Numbered from the stretch's first letter, positions 48,783 to 62,475 are shown. The stretch: 64,000 nucleotides of DNA from Limosilactobacillus sp. (GCF_051873075.1 NZ_JBJEEM010000079.1:9213-73212), one strand, 5' to 3'. Numbers and translations: made by a program. Notes: generated from the letters alone by a model not told the origin.

Positions 48783-48946
48783 CGAGTTATAAAACCCATG
48801 CTAATAATTCGCCTTTTATTGTTTATTTTGCCTGTATTATTATTAACCCATTACCGGATTTATTTTGCTTTAAAAATAAAAATGGGCAATAACACTAATT
48901 ATCTTAGCATTACCGCCTATTTTTAACAATATTTTTCAAAAAAATT

Positions 48947-50077
48947 TTAATTAAATTTCTTCTTGCCGACCCGTTCTGTACCAAGCTCCTTAAAGTCATA
49001 AGTAATCTGGCTATTGCGCTTGAACTCTTCCAAGCCTAGCTCAATCAAACGATCAATTAATTCGGAGTAACTGATCCCTGATACCTCCCACATCTGCGGA
49101 TAGAGGCTGATGTTGGTAAAGCCAGGCAGGGTGTTTGGTTCACCCAGGTATGGTACGTTGTTCTCGTCCACCAGGAAGTCAATCCGGGCCATTCCCTTCA
49201 TCCCGAGCGCCTTGTATGCTTTCAACGCCATGTCGGTGATCTCATCAGTCAGGTACTGCGGCAGCTTGACTGGCAGTTCAAAGACCACCCCACTAGCATC
49301 CACAAACTTGTTCTCGTAGTCGTAGAACGGATCACCTTCTGGGACCCGGATTGCACCGAGCTTGGAGGCAATCGGGTGTTCATTGCCGAGAATCGAGATC
49401 TCAACTTCTTGCGGGTTAGCAACCCCCTGCTCAGCTAAGACCTTGAAGTCATACTTGAAAGCGTCATCTAAGGCCGCCTCGTATTCATCGGCGTTAGTAA
49501 CCCGGTGAATACCGACTGAAGACCCCTGCTTGGCTGGCTTGATGAAGACCAGGTCGCCAAGTTTTTCTTCAATCTTGCCCCATGAGTAATCAGCTCGGTT
49601 TTCCGGCGTCAATAGGACGTACGGCGTATTTCTGATGCCCGCCTCAGTTAAGATCTTCTTCGTCAGGTCCTTGTCAAAGGCCATTGCGCTCGCCGCAATG
49701 TTGGAGCCCACGTATGGCTTGTTTAACAGCTTGAACAGGCCCTGAATGGTACCGTCTTCCCCGAGATTACCGTGGATAACTGGGTAGAAGAAATCGATCG
49801 TCTTCAGCTCGTTTAGGGCCATAATTGGGGCCAGTGGCTGGGTCAGGTCCATCTTAGAATAAGCGTCTTTTACGACCGCGTCTTCTGGCTCGCCATCAAA
49901 GATGCGTTGGGAATACTCGTTATTCAGCAAAATCCCGTCCTTGGTAAACATGAACAGGCTCACATCGTACTTGTCCTTATTTAAGGCGTCATAGATATTG
50001 TGGGCCGAACGCTTAGAAACATCGTGTTCAGAGGAGTTTCCACCGAAAAGCAACGCAATCTGTAACTTCTTAGACAT
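48947..50077 (-). CDS. ddl: D-alanine--D-alanine ligase family enzyme (Phe at the Tyr216-equivalent position)
   Basis: I moved the start to MSKKLQIALLFGGNSSEHDVS (50077) after an AAGGTGG SD. ATP-grasp fold. The omega-loop reads PFYDYENKF, where E. coli DdlB has FYDYEAKY. Confidence 0.93.
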   Translation of the reverse strand: MSKKLQIALLFGGNSSEHDVSKRSAHNIYDALNKDKYDVSLFMFTKDGILLNNEYSQRIFDGEPEDAVVKDAYSKMDLTQPLAPIMALNELKTIDFFYPVIHGNLGEDGTIQGLFKLLNKPYVGSNIAASAMAFDKDLTKKILTEAGIRNTPYVLLTPENRADYSWGKIEEKLGDLVFIKPAKQGSSVGIHRVTNADEYEAALDDAFKYDFKVLAEQGVANPQEVEISILGNEHPIASKLGAIRVPEGDPFYDYENKFVDASGVVFELPVKLPQYLTDEITDMALKAYKALGMKGMARIDFLVDENNVPYLGEPNTLPGFTNISLYPQMWEVSGISYSELIDRLIELGLEEFKRNSQITYDFKELGTERVGKKKFN

Positions 50078-50242
50078 TTGAAATACCACCTTACATATAA
50101 AATTTATTTAAACCGCTTTTCCTAGAATCTTAAGTATAACATAGTTAACTGATGACGCCAATGGGGGACTGCAAGAAAGCAGCTGGGAAAGCGCTAATAA
50201 CTAATGCGGGGTTGGCAAAAAAGGCCATTTTACCAGTTCCAA

Positions 50243-50277
50243 AATAAAAAGCAACTACCAAATGGCAGTTGCTTTTA
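50243..50277 (-). terminator. Intrinsic terminator after the gcvH-like gene
   Basis: Minus-strand hairpin gcaacugcca-uu-ugguaguugc followed by UUUUUAUUUU. Confidence 0.75.
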
Positions 50278-50283
50278 TCTTCA

Positions 50284-50583
50284 TTACTTAACTTCGACGA
50301 TCCAGTTTTCTGCCTCGTCATCAGAACTCAAACCGGCTGGGTCATCGACAACTTTGTCATTGACCGCCACAATGGTTCCTGCTACCGGACTATCCAGGTC
50401 GGTAACTGCCTTTTCGGCTTCGACAGAAACAAACTTACCGCCATCTTCAAGGACCGTCCCCTTAGCAGGAACATCGATGAAGTTGATTTTGCCCAGGTCA
50501 TCACGGCCCTGATCATTCAGACCCACCTGAGTGTTGCCATTGTCGAGCTTCTTAGTCCAAAAGTAGTTGTTTTTTGCAGCCAT
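50284..50583 (-). CDS. gcvH: GcvH-like lipoyl-carrier protein
   Basis: About 99 aa with the lipoyl-lysine context VSVEAEKAVTDLDSPVAGTIVAVN. I moved the start to MAAKNNYFW (50583), so it no longer overlaps the rodA stop. Confidence 0.75.
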   Translation of the reverse strand: MAAKNNYFWTKKLDNGNTQVGLNDQGRDDLGKINFIDVPAKGTVLEDGGKFVSVEAEKAVTDLDSPVAGTIVAVNDKVVDDPAGLSSDDEAENWIVEVK

Positions 50584-50597
50584 ATCTAAATACCCCA

Positions 50598-51791
50598 CTA
50601 TCTAAACTCTTTTTTGTTACTAAACATGTAAGAATGATGGTGGTAACGCATCGACATTACCATCCCGATCCCGATCAGGTTACCAATTAAAGAAGAACCC
50701 CCGGCGCTAATGAACGGAAGCGGGATCCCTGTCAGCGGCAGCAATCCGATATTCATTCCAATGTTTTCAAAAACGTGGAAAAGGATCATCATAATGACCC
50801 CGGTTGAGATGTAGGCATAAAATTCATTCTTAGTATCAAATGTAACACGAATCATCAAATAAATTAAGAGTAAATAGATCAAAATGAGGAGGACCCCACC
50901 GATAAAGCCGAAATTCTCACCAATTACGGAGAAAATCATATCCGATTCCCGCACTGGGACATAGACCTTCGAATTGTTGAAGCCGGTCCCGGCAATTCCG
51001 CCTGAACCGACCGCCTTGATACTCTGCCACAGCTGGTAGCCCTGGTTGGTCGTATCCTGTTCTGGGTGCAGCCAGGTATCAACCCGATCGAATTGGTAGG
51101 CCTGAAAGCCAACATGCTCCAAAATCTGCCGACCGACCGATGAAGTAACCATTGCCAGGGCTGAACCACCAACAACGGCCACTGCGGTCGCTGCGGGAAC
51201 GATGATCCGCCAGGTAACCCCAGAGACCAAGATCATCCCACAGAAAATGGCAAAGAACACCAGCGAGGTCCCGAAGTCATTTTGGAAGTGCAATGAAATC
51301 AGAATCGGCAGCAACCAGAGAAACATCGTCCCGATCAAGCGCCAGTCAGACTGCATGGTATGAACACTATACCGGTTGTTATGGGTGGTAATCACCCGCC
51401 CCATCATCAGAATGTAGGCCGGTTTCATAATTTCCGAAGGCTGGAAGGTAAACGGCCCGATGGCAAACCAGCTTTTTGCCCCGGTACTGGCGTAGTACGA
51501 CCGGCTATAGAAGACCAGGATGGCAAACATCAGGAAGAGACTCAGCCAGTAGACGATTGGCGCAATCTTCCATAACTGCTCCGAGTCAAACTGCATAATC
51601 ACCACGATCAGGATCGTCCCGATCGCATACCAAACCAGTTGGGTGATTACCTGCCGGGCCACACTAGTCTGTTGACGGTCATGAACGGCCGCCACGTAAA
51701 TTGATGCTAACCCGATCAGGGCCAGCAGGAGGACACAGAAGATGATCCCCCAGTCAATCCGACTTTCTTCATCACTTTGCGAACGTTGCAT
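50598..51791 (-). CDS. rodA: SEDS-family (FtsW/RodA/SpoVE) peptidoglycan glycosyltransferase
   Basis: 397 aa with about 10 TM segments and RIDWGIIFCVLLLALIGLASIY plus C-terminal PLTGIPLPFISAGGSS. The choice of RodA over FtsW is an inference. Confidence 0.8.
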   Translation of the reverse strand: MQRSQSDEESRIDWGIIFCVLLLALIGLASIYVAAVHDRQQTSVARQVITQLVWYAIGTILIVVIMQFDSEQLWKIAPIVYWLSLFLMFAILVFYSRSYYASTGAKSWFAIGPFTFQPSEIMKPAYILMMGRVITTHNNRYSVHTMQSDWRLIGTMFLWLLPILISLHFQNDFGTSLVFFAIFCGMILVSGVTWRIIVPAATAVAVVGGSALAMVTSSVGRQILEHVGFQAYQFDRVDTWLHPEQDTTNQGYQLWQSIKAVGSGGIAGTGFNNSKVYVPVRESDMIFSVIGENFGFIGGVLLILIYLLLIYLMIRVTFDTKNEFYAYISTGVIMMILFHVFENIGMNIGLLPLTGIPLPFISAGGSSLIGNLIGIGMVMSMRYHHHSYMFSNKKEFR

Positions 51792-51837
51792 TACCTAACT
51801 CCTTTACTCAGTTATTTTCAAAGAGAACGGTACCGCG

Positions 51838-52062
51838 TTAGTGCTGGTGCAGGTGGTACTGCTGGAGAACCATCTCCAGGCCTTCCTCTTGCGAACGAAC
51901 GAAGAATTCGCTTTGGTCCGCCGTCAGCAGGGCCTTGAAGCGATCATTATCCGTCACCACTTCACCAATCAGCCGTTCACCAATAAAGATCTGCTGAACC
52001 GGTTGGTTTTGCCGTTCAATATCCTTAACACTTACTTCAATCTTTTTGTCTTTTTTAGCCAC
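51838..52062 (-). CDS. Small hypothetical cytoplasmic protein
   Basis: 74 aa ORF between yidD and rodA in the same orientation. I did not recognise the family. Confidence 0.5.
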   Translation of the reverse strand: MAKKDKKIEVSVKDIERQNQPVQQIFIGERLIGEVVTDNDRFKALLTADQSEFFVRSQEEGLEMVLQQYHLHQH

Positions 52063-52077
52063 AATTTCACCTTTTAC

Positions 52078-52317
52078 TTAGTATTTGCGTCGAAACGTAA
52101 AATGATCAGGTACCGGGTCATATCCCCCACGCACAAACGGCTGGCAACGCAGGATCCTGGCAATCCCCAGCAGGCCCCCCTTTAGCCCGAAGCGTTCTAA
52201 GGCTTCGAGCATATACTGCGAACAGCTAGGGTAGTAGCGGCAAACCCGAATTTGCCGCCGTGCTGAAATTGTTCGTTGATACCACCGCACCATCTTGCAC
52301 AATACCTTAACCATCAA
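52078..52317 (-). CDS. yidD: Membrane protein insertion efficiency factor YidD
   Basis: 79 aa with [19 protein letters not shown]...[13 protein letters not shown], typical of YidD. Confidence 0.9.
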   Translation of the reverse strand: MMVKVLCKMVRWYQRTISARRQIRVCRYYPSCSQYMLEALERFGLKGGLLGIARILRCQPFVRGGYDPVPDHFTFRRKY

Positions 52318-53310
52318 TTATTTTTTCTTATCCGTCTTTTGCATCCGTTCCAGCATCTCGCCGGCACCCTTGGCAACATTGTCCAATGGGCTTTGAGATA
52401 CCACTACCGGCACCTTCAGACGGTCACTGAACATCTTATCGAGTCCCTTCAAGAGCGCCGTCCCACCGGTCAGCATAATCCCCCGGTCAATAATATCACT
52501 AGCCAACTCTGGCGGCACAGTCTCTAAGACGTTGATCGTAGCCGTCAGGATTTGTTCCAAAGTATCGTGGATGGCTTCTTCGATCTCATTTTCATTGACG
52601 GTGATCTGCTTTGGCATTCCAGTAGCCACGTCCCGGCCACGAACGTCCATCTCAGCCGGCTTTTCCACCTTGAGAGCCGTCCCGATCTTCATCTTAATGT
52701 TCTCCGCGGTGTGTTCACCGATGACCAGGCCATGCTTATCCTTGATGTAGGCGGCAATATCGTTGTTGAGCTTATCACCAGCCATCCGGATGGACCGGCT
52801 AGAAACAATGTCGCCAAGGGAGAGGATGGCGATATCACTAGTACCACCACCCATGTCGATGACCATGCTTCCCCGCGGCTTGAAGATGTCGAGGCCAGCA
52901 CCGATGGCTGCAACTTTCGGCTCATATTCCAGGTAAACCTTGCCACCGCCAGACTGTTCGGCAGCCTGGATGATTGCCTTACGTTCAATCTCAGTGATGT
53001 TGGTTGGTGCACAAATCATGATGTTTGGCTTGGACATGAAGCCCTTGACGCTCAACTTACCGATGAAGTAGGCCAGCATCTCTTCCGTAACATCGAAGTC
53101 CGAGATCACACCGTTTTTCAATGGCCGGATTGCCCGGATATTGCTTGGCGTCCGTCCCACCATTCGGTAAGCCTCGGACCCGACCGCCAGAATCTTGTTG
53201 GTTTGAGTGTCGATTGCAACAACGGAAGGTTCATTCAAGACAATTCCCTTGCCTTGAACATAGATCAGTACGTTGGCTGTTCCTAAATCAATACCAATAT
53301 CTTGTGCCAT
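52318..53310 (-). CDS. mbl: MreB-like actin homologue (second paralogue, Mbl-like)
   Basis: 330 aa with [20 protein letters not shown] and MLTGGTALL. It is next to murAA, as mbl is in Bacillus. Confidence 0.88.
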   Translation of the reverse strand: MAQDIGIDLGTANVLIYVQGKGIVLNEPSVVAIDTQTNKILAVGSEAYRMVGRTPSNIRAIRPLKNGVISDFDVTEEMLAYFIGKLSVKGFMSKPNIMICAPTNITEIERKAIIQAAEQSGGGKVYLEYEPKVAAIGAGLDIFKPRGSMVIDMGGGTSDIAILSLGDIVSSRSIRMAGDKLNNDIAAYIKDKHGLVIGEHTAENIKMKIGTALKVEKPAEMDVRGRDVATGMPKQITVNENEIEEAIHDTLEQILTATINVLETVPPELASDIIDRGIMLTGGTALLKGLDKMFSDRLKVPVVVSQSPLDNVAKGAGEMLERMQKTDKKK

Positions 53311-53361
53311 TATTTACTGCTCCTTCTCAAGAAAGATTTTATTTTAGTTAATATCGTTCGT

Positions 53362-53370
53362 ATTATACCA
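53362..53370 (-). promoter_or_regulatory. Extended -10 promoter element (TGgTATAAT) upstream of mbl
   Basis: Minus strand ttaTGGTATAATacg, about 50 nt upstream of the mbl ATG. Confidence 0.5.
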
Positions 53371-53392
53371 TAATATCGCCGTAAACTGCGGG

Positions 53393-54709
53393 TTAGTCAT
53401 GGTTAGTTTCGTTAGTAGGGTGTCCCGGTGACAGTTTGAACTTATCCGCGATATCAATCCGGTCGATTTGAGCCCCCAGCGCACGGAGCTTCTGTTGGAA
53501 GCGGTAGTAGCCACGGTCAATTTCACTAACATTGCGTACCTGAGTAATTCCGGTAGCAGCCAAGCCGGCTAAGACCAGGGCCGCGCCAGCTCGCAGGTCG
53601 GATGCCGTTACCTCCGCCCCGCTGAACCTGGTTGGCCCGTCCAGGACTGCAACCGGACCACTGATCTGAAACTTAGCGTTCATCCGCCGTAACTCTTCTA
53701 GGTGCATGAACCGTTTCTCAAAGATCCGTTCATCCAAAGTGCTAATCCCGTTGGCCAGCAGTTGAAGGACTGAGATTTGGGGCTGCAGGTCAGTAGGGAA
53801 GCCGGGGTACGGCATCGTCTTGATGTTGGTTGGCAACAATACTGATGTTCCCAAGACACGGATGCCATTATCCTGGCGCACAACGGTCACCCCCATCTCT
53901 TCCAGTTTGGCGATCAAAGAAGCATTATGCTCAGCAACGGCGTCAGCCACCAGGACGTCGCCGTTGGTAATCGCCGCGGCAATCATAAAGGTTCCCGCCT
54001 CAATCCGGTCTGAGATAAGCTGGTACTCACAGCCATGAAGGAAAGTGACCCCCTGAATCCGGATCACCGCGGTCCCGGCCCCGTGCACCCGGGCGCCCAT
54101 CTTGTTTAAGAAGTTCGCCAACTCGATGATCTCCGGTTCCCGGGCGGCATTCTCGATCGTCGTAATCCCGGTCGCCCGGGTCGCCGCCATCATCAAATCC
54201 TCAGTCGCACCGACGCTTGGAAAGTCAAGGTAGATCCGGGCCGCCGTCAGCCGGTCAGCTTGGGCCACAATGTAGCCGTCGCGCTGGTCAACCTGGGCTC
54301 CCAGAGCGGTCAGCCCCTTGATATGCAGATCAATGGGCCGCGAGCCAATTGCACATCCGCCCGGCAACGCCACCTTAGCATAACCGGTGCGAGCCAAAAG
54401 GGGCCCCAGCACCAGCATCGAAGCCCGCATCTCATCAACGTATTCAAATGGGGCCTCATTCGCAACATCTTTTTGGGCATCCAGCAGTAGTTCGTGCTTC
54501 TCCTGATCAAAGACTACCGTGACGTTTAAAAACTTCAGGAGACGATTCATCGTTATGATGTCTAGCAATGGCGGAACGTTAGTCAGACGAAAGCTCCCCA
54601 CCGTTGCCAGCAGACTCGCCGCCTGAATCGGCAGTGCCGCGTTTTTTGAACCCTCAACATGAACACGGCCGGTTAGGCGCCGCCCGCCCTTAATCACCAT
54701 TTTTTCCAT
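53393..54709 (-). CDS. murAA: UDP-N-acetylglucosamine 1-carboxyvinyltransferase
   Basis: 438 aa with MEKMVIKGGRRLTGRVHVEGSKNAALPI and active-site loop LPGGCAIGSRPIDLH. Confidence 0.95.
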   Translation of the reverse strand: MEKMVIKGGRRLTGRVHVEGSKNAALPIQAASLLATVGSFRLTNVPPLLDIITMNRLLKFLNVTVVFDQEKHELLLDAQKDVANEAPFEYVDEMRASMLVLGPLLARTGYAKVALPGGCAIGSRPIDLHIKGLTALGAQVDQRDGYIVAQADRLTAARIYLDFPSVGATEDLMMAATRATGITTIENAAREPEIIELANFLNKMGARVHGAGTAVIRIQGVTFLHGCEYQLISDRIEAGTFMIAAAITNGDVLVADAVAEHNASLIAKLEEMGVTVVRQDNGIRVLGTSVLLPTNIKTMPYPGFPTDLQPQISVLQLLANGISTLDERIFEKRFMHLEELRRMNAKFQISGPVAVLDGPTRFSGAEVTASDLRAGAALVLAGLAATGITQVRNVSEIDRGYYRFQQKLRALGAQIDRIDIADKFKLSPGHPTNETNHD

Positions 54710-54727
54710 CGTCTACTCCCTCAATTC

Positions 54728-54976
54728 CTAGCGAACCAGATACACCAAGTTGCTGATGGCACTAATAATGTTCAAGAAAAAGCTTGCACACAGGTAACCA
54801 AGTGCCGTTGCCGCCAAGACAATCGCCAATGGCAAGGTCCGCGGCGGCCGCTTAAAGAAACGCTCAATGTGAAAGCCTTGAATCGCATTGAAAGCCAACC
54901 ACACAAACAGCAGTTGAACCACGATCTCAATTAGTGCATGAATTCCCGTCAGTTCCAAGCCCGCGCCCCCTAACAA
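54728..54976 (-). CDS. DUF1146 (YwzB-like) small membrane protein
   Basis: Two-TM protein with ALIEIVVQLLFVWLAFNAIQGFHIERFF, between the atp operon and murAA as in Bacillus. The start is uncertain: TTG 54976, or TTG 54958, which has an AGGGGG SD 8 nt upstream. Confidence 0.7.
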   Translation of the reverse strand: MLGGAGLELTGIHALIEIVVQLLFVWLAFNAIQGFHIERFFKRPPRTLPLAIVLAATALGYLCASFFLNIISAISNLVYLVR

Positions 54977-55256
54977 AACGTTTGTATTTTATCATACCAT
55001 AATCAAATGGGCCGCAATATTAAGAAAGCTTAACTTAATCAAAATAATTGGCCTTTCTTTTATCAATTATAAGAGCATTATTGGTCTTATCAACAGCAAC
55101 TAAATATGTTTTATAACTTGTCGATTCTTCTGCCCACCCGGCTGACCATCCGTAAAACGTTAAAAAAATTCAAAATTAATAGGAAGCGAATTGCGTTCCG
55201 CGTTAAAACATGCGTTACTGATATACAACTAAATAAAACAATCGGATGGTGGAATA

Positions 55257-55793
55257 ATGGAATTCAAATTATTGAAACTTGCTTCAGCTGATCGCGAACA
55301 ATTTGAAACGGACATGCAAGAAGCCTTCAATAAGGGCGCCGAATCTTACTCCGGCAAGGAAGAACACGTCTTGCCAGAAGCAGATATCGAAGAGGCGTTA
55401 AATGCTGAGGGCGCCGTTGCCTATAAGGCGATGATGGACGAAAATATGGTCGGCGGAGCCATCGTAAACATTGACTCGGCAACGAAACATAATCACTTGG
55501 ACTTCCTATACGTCAAGGCCGGCTACCAAGGGAAAGGAATCGGCCAGCAAATCTGGCAAGGGCTTGAAAAGCGTTATCCGCAAACCACGGTCTGGGAAAC
55601 CTGCACCCCCTACTTTGATCAGCGCAACATTCATTTCTACATTAATAAGCTAGGCTTCCATGCGGTTGAATTTTATAACCAGTACCATCAAGACCCGGCT
55701 GAAACGGAAACGTACGCTGGTCATAATTCACCGGGAATGTTCAGGTTTGAAAAGAAAATGCCGGGTAATAACGGCGGAAAATCACAACAATGA
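55257..55793 (+). CDS. GNAT-family N-acetyltransferase
   Basis: 178 aa with the acetyl-CoA motif YQGKGIGQQIWQGLEKRY and FYINKLGF. Confidence 0.8.
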   Translation: MEFKLLKLASADREQFETDMQEAFNKGAESYSGKEEHVLPEADIEEALNAEGAVAYKAMMDENMVGGAIVNIDSATKHNHLDFLYVKAGYQGKGIGQQIWQGLEKRYPQTTVWETCTPYFDQRNIHFYINKLGFHAVEFYNQYHQDPAETETYAGHNSPGMFRFEKKMPGNNGGKSQQ

Positions 55794-55914
55794 TTAGAAA
55801 ATAGTGACCATTGATGGTTGAGCAGTAGTGCGCTGAGCGACGCAAGCCTTATATCAGGGCATGCGTCTTTTTAGTTTAGTAAAGAGGAATACGGAAAAGC
55901 ATGCTAAAACAACA

Positions 55915-55948
55915 AAGGGATTTCAGCACGCATATGCTGAAATCCCTT
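55915..55948 (-). terminator. Intrinsic terminator after atpC (shared hairpin with the convergent GNAT gene)
   Basis: AAGGGATTTCAGCA-cgcata-TGCTGAAATCCCTT. On the minus strand it is followed by UUGUUGUUUU. Confidence 0.7.
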
Positions 55949-55976
55949 ATGTCACGAAACTCGTTCACCGAGTCCC

Positions 55977-56405
55977 TTATTTATTGAGGAGCTTAGAAGT
56001 GTTCAGACGGTTAATCGCCCGCTTGAGGTGCACTTCAGCTCGTGCCAAGTCGTCTTGATTATGTTCACGCTTGGCCTTTTCAATTTCTGATTCTGACCGC
56101 TTCTTAGCTGCCTCGGCCCGCTGAACATCAATTTCTTCGGGCATTTCGGCACTATCGGCAGCGATCAGCGCCTGGTGACCATCGAACTGGATGATTCCAC
56201 CGTTAACGGCCGCAACTTCGGCGGTTCCTTCATCATGCTTGATCCGCACGGTGCTGATTTCCAGCGCCGCAACCAATGGCACGTGATTAGCCATGATCCC
56301 CATCTGACCACCAGCGGTGTTCATGACGACCATCGTGGCATTATCATTGTCGTAAACAGTGCCATCAGGGGTAATAATCGTGACCTTAAACTTACTGTCA
56401 GCCAT
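55977..56405 (-). CDS. atpC: F0F1 ATP synthase subunit epsilon
   Basis: 142 aa, in operon position after atpD. Confidence 0.95.
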   Translation of the reverse strand: MADSKFKVTIITPDGTVYDNDNATMVVMNTAGGQMGIMANHVPLVAALEISTVRIKHDEGTAEVAAVNGGIIQFDGHQALIAADSAEMPEEIDVQRAEAAKKRSESEIEKAKREHNQDDLARAEVHLKRAINRLNTSKLLNK

Positions 56406-56418
56406 AAATTATCCCCTC

Positions 56419-58829
<2,411 letters not shown>

Positions 58830-58864
58830 TAAATCTCACCGTCCTTTCGACTAACTATCATTAA

Positions 58865-60412
<1,548 letters not shown>

Positions 60413-60429
60413 TTAACAAAAGATCTATT

Positions 60430-60972
60430 TTATCTAACTAGTAAACGACGAATTTGCTTAATCTTTGAGCTGAGACTACCATCCAAGGTCTTATGATCGG
60501 CATGGACAATAACCCCACCTAAAATTTCTGGATCAACCTGTTCGTTTAAGACAACGTCCGAAGCTCCGAAGCGCTTGGCCAGGTTTGCCTTGAGTTGATC
60601 CCGTTGTTGTTTATCGAGTTGGATCGCTGTGACAACGTCAGCATGCATCCGCTTATTCTTAGCGTCATACCGCCGTTCAAACTCATCAATAATTGCGACC
60701 ATGCAATCCATGCGGCCGTAATCAAAAAGCATTTGAATCAGGTTAACAACGTATTGGGAAGCTCCCTGTTGCAGGTCCTGAACTAATGCTTTCTTTTCAT
60801 CGAGTGACAGTTGGACACCCGCCAGTGCGGATTCCAAACTCTCATTGTCCTCAAAGACTTGGCGTAAAGCAATCAATTCTTGATAAGTCTGATCGAGTTC
60901 ATTGTCTTCATCGACCAATTCGAACAGTGCACGAGCGTAACGCCCGGCAACCGTCTTCTTATCAAGACTCAT
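60430..60972 (-). CDS. atpH: F0F1 ATP synthase subunit delta
   Basis: 180 aa, OSCP/delta-like (YARALFEL). Overlaps the atpF end by 11 nt. Confidence 0.93.
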   Translation of the reverse strand: MSLDKKTVAGRYARALFELVDEDNELDQTYQELIALRQVFEDNESLESALAGVQLSLDEKKALVQDLQQGASQYVVNLIQMLFDYGRMDCMVAIIDEFERRYDAKNKRMHADVVTAIQLDKQQRDQLKANLAKRFGASDVVLNEQVDPEILGGVIVHADHKTLDGSLSSKIKQIRRLLVR

Positions 60973-61480
60973 GATTTACCAACCCTTCAATGTAGGAGTC
61001 GATCAATTCTTTTTGATCGTCTGCCTTTAATTCTTTTTGGATGAGTTTGGAAGCAATCTCAATAGATAAGTTTGCAACGTCATCCTTCGCACCATTCAGC
61101 GCATCGCGACGTGCTTGATCCGCATCCTGTTGTGCTTGTTGTTTGAGGGCTTGAGCATCGTTTTGTGCTGCCTCAACAATTTGTGCTCGTTGTGTTTCAG
61201 CCGACTTTTTGGCATTGCTTACAATGTCTGCAGCTTCTTGACGTGAATTTTGCAGTTCAGCTTGACGCTTAGCAGCCATCTTTTCGGCATTTGCCCGTGA
61301 CCGCGCCGCGTTATCGATATCATTAGCAATCTTGTCTGCCCGCTTCTTCATCATGTCAGTAACTGGTCCCCATGCGAAGTGCTTGACCAGCAACATCAGA
61401 ATAATGAAAGTAACGATGTAGAATACAAGGTCCCCGATGTATAAACTGTTCGATTCAGCTAACACACTGTTCACAAACAT
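60962..61480 (-). CDS. atpF: F0F1 ATP synthase subunit b
   Basis: 172 aa with one N-terminal TM and a long charged helix. Confidence 0.93.
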   Translation of the reverse strand: MFVNSVLAESNSLYIGDLVFYIVTFIILMLLVKHFAWGPVTDMMKKRADKIANDIDNAARSRANAEKMAAKRQAELQNSRQEAADIVSNAKKSAETQRAQIVEAAQNDAQALKQQAQQDADQARRDALNGAKDDVANLSIEIASKLIQKELKADDQKELIDSYIEGLVNHES

Positions 61481-61524
61481 CTATTGACACCTCCTTGTCT
61501 TACAAAAAATCAAAGTGTGATTGA

Positions 61525-61764
<240 letters not shown>

Positions 61765-61767
61765 TTA

Positions 61768-62475
61768 TTATTCGGAAACCTTCCGAGAAATATAAACCGT
61801 CGTTAATGTTACAAAGACATACGCCTGGATTGAACCGATAAATACGGAGAAGCCTTGCCATGCTAATTCCAGAAGCAATCCCGGAATGATTGTTAAGGCA
61901 CCGTGTGAGAAGGCCATATTGGCAATCAAACTCATTAACAGTTCACCAGCAAAAATGTTACCAAAGATACGAAGACCCAGCGTTAAGAAGTTGGCAAACT
62001 CCTCAATGATGTTAACGGGTAACATCAAAGCAAATGGCTTGGTGTAGTTCTTAAGGTAACCACCAAGACCGTTGTGGGCAACACCTGCAAAGTGTGCCAA
62101 TGCCATGACCATCAGTGAGAAGGTCAGCGTTACAACTGGATCCGCCGTTGGACTTCTAAGCACTTCCGCTCCGTTCCAATGGAATTGGAAAAGCAACCCA
62201 AATTGGTTGGCGAAGAAGATAAAGACGAACAGCACAAAGGCAAAGAAACTGTAGCGTCCCTGCTCGGCTGCCGGCATCTGACTCCGGACAATCCCGTTTG
62301 TAAAGTCAACCAGCCATTCAAAAACGTTTTGTGCACCCGTTGGCTTCATTTGAATCTTTCGTGACATCCCGTAAAGAGTGAAGAACACGATTGCGTAGAT
62401 AATCAGTCCAGAAACAATGTTCGTTGTATTGAACGTGAGTCCGAAAAGCTTAAAAGTTAAAGCATCACCGCCCAT
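61768..62475 (-). CDS. atpB: F0F1 ATP synthase subunit a
   Basis: 235 aa with conserved [22 protein letters not shown]. No atpI-like ORF lies upstream. Confidence 0.96.
   Translation of the reverse strand: MGGDALTFKLFGLTFNTTNIVSGLIIYAIVFFTLYGMSRKIQMKPTGAQNVFEWLVDFTNGIVRSQMPAAEQGRYSFFAFVLFVFIFFANQFGLLFQFHWNGAEVLRSPTADPVVTLTFSLMVMALAHFAGVAHNGLGGYLKNYTKPFALMLPVNIIEEFANFLTLGLRIFGNIFAGELLMSLIANMAFSHGALTIIPGLLLELAWQGFSVFIGSIQAYVFVTLTTVYISRKVSE

Noticed and set aside
48734-48799. A 21-codon minus-strand ORF (MGFITRVIIRMEVKIVFCCFE) upstream of the regulator, with an internal 11-codon version starting at 48769.
   Set aside because: The first ATG lies upstream of the predicted TGtTATAAT -10 element. 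The internal ATG would have to be leaderless, at a non-ideal distance from the -10. There is no SD. It is too speculative without conservation data.
48798-48926. A 42-codon + strand ORF (MLIIRLLLFILPVLLLTHYRIYFALKIKMGNNTNYLSITAYF) divergent from the HTH-TPR regulator.
   Set aside because: It has no SD (aaaacccATG), and its hydrophobicity is explained by T-rich spacer DNA. Its 3' part runs through the likely ddl terminator region. I kept it only as a note under the regulator finding.
55106-55291. A 61-aa basic ORF in the AT-rich spacer upstream of, and overlapping, the GNAT gene start. The imperfect palindrome GGAAGCGAATTGCGTTCC is nearby.
   Set aside because: The ORF has no SD and its Lys/Arg-rich composition comes from A-rich DNA. 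Only 6 of 9 half-site positions of the palindrome match, and it resembles no operator I can name.
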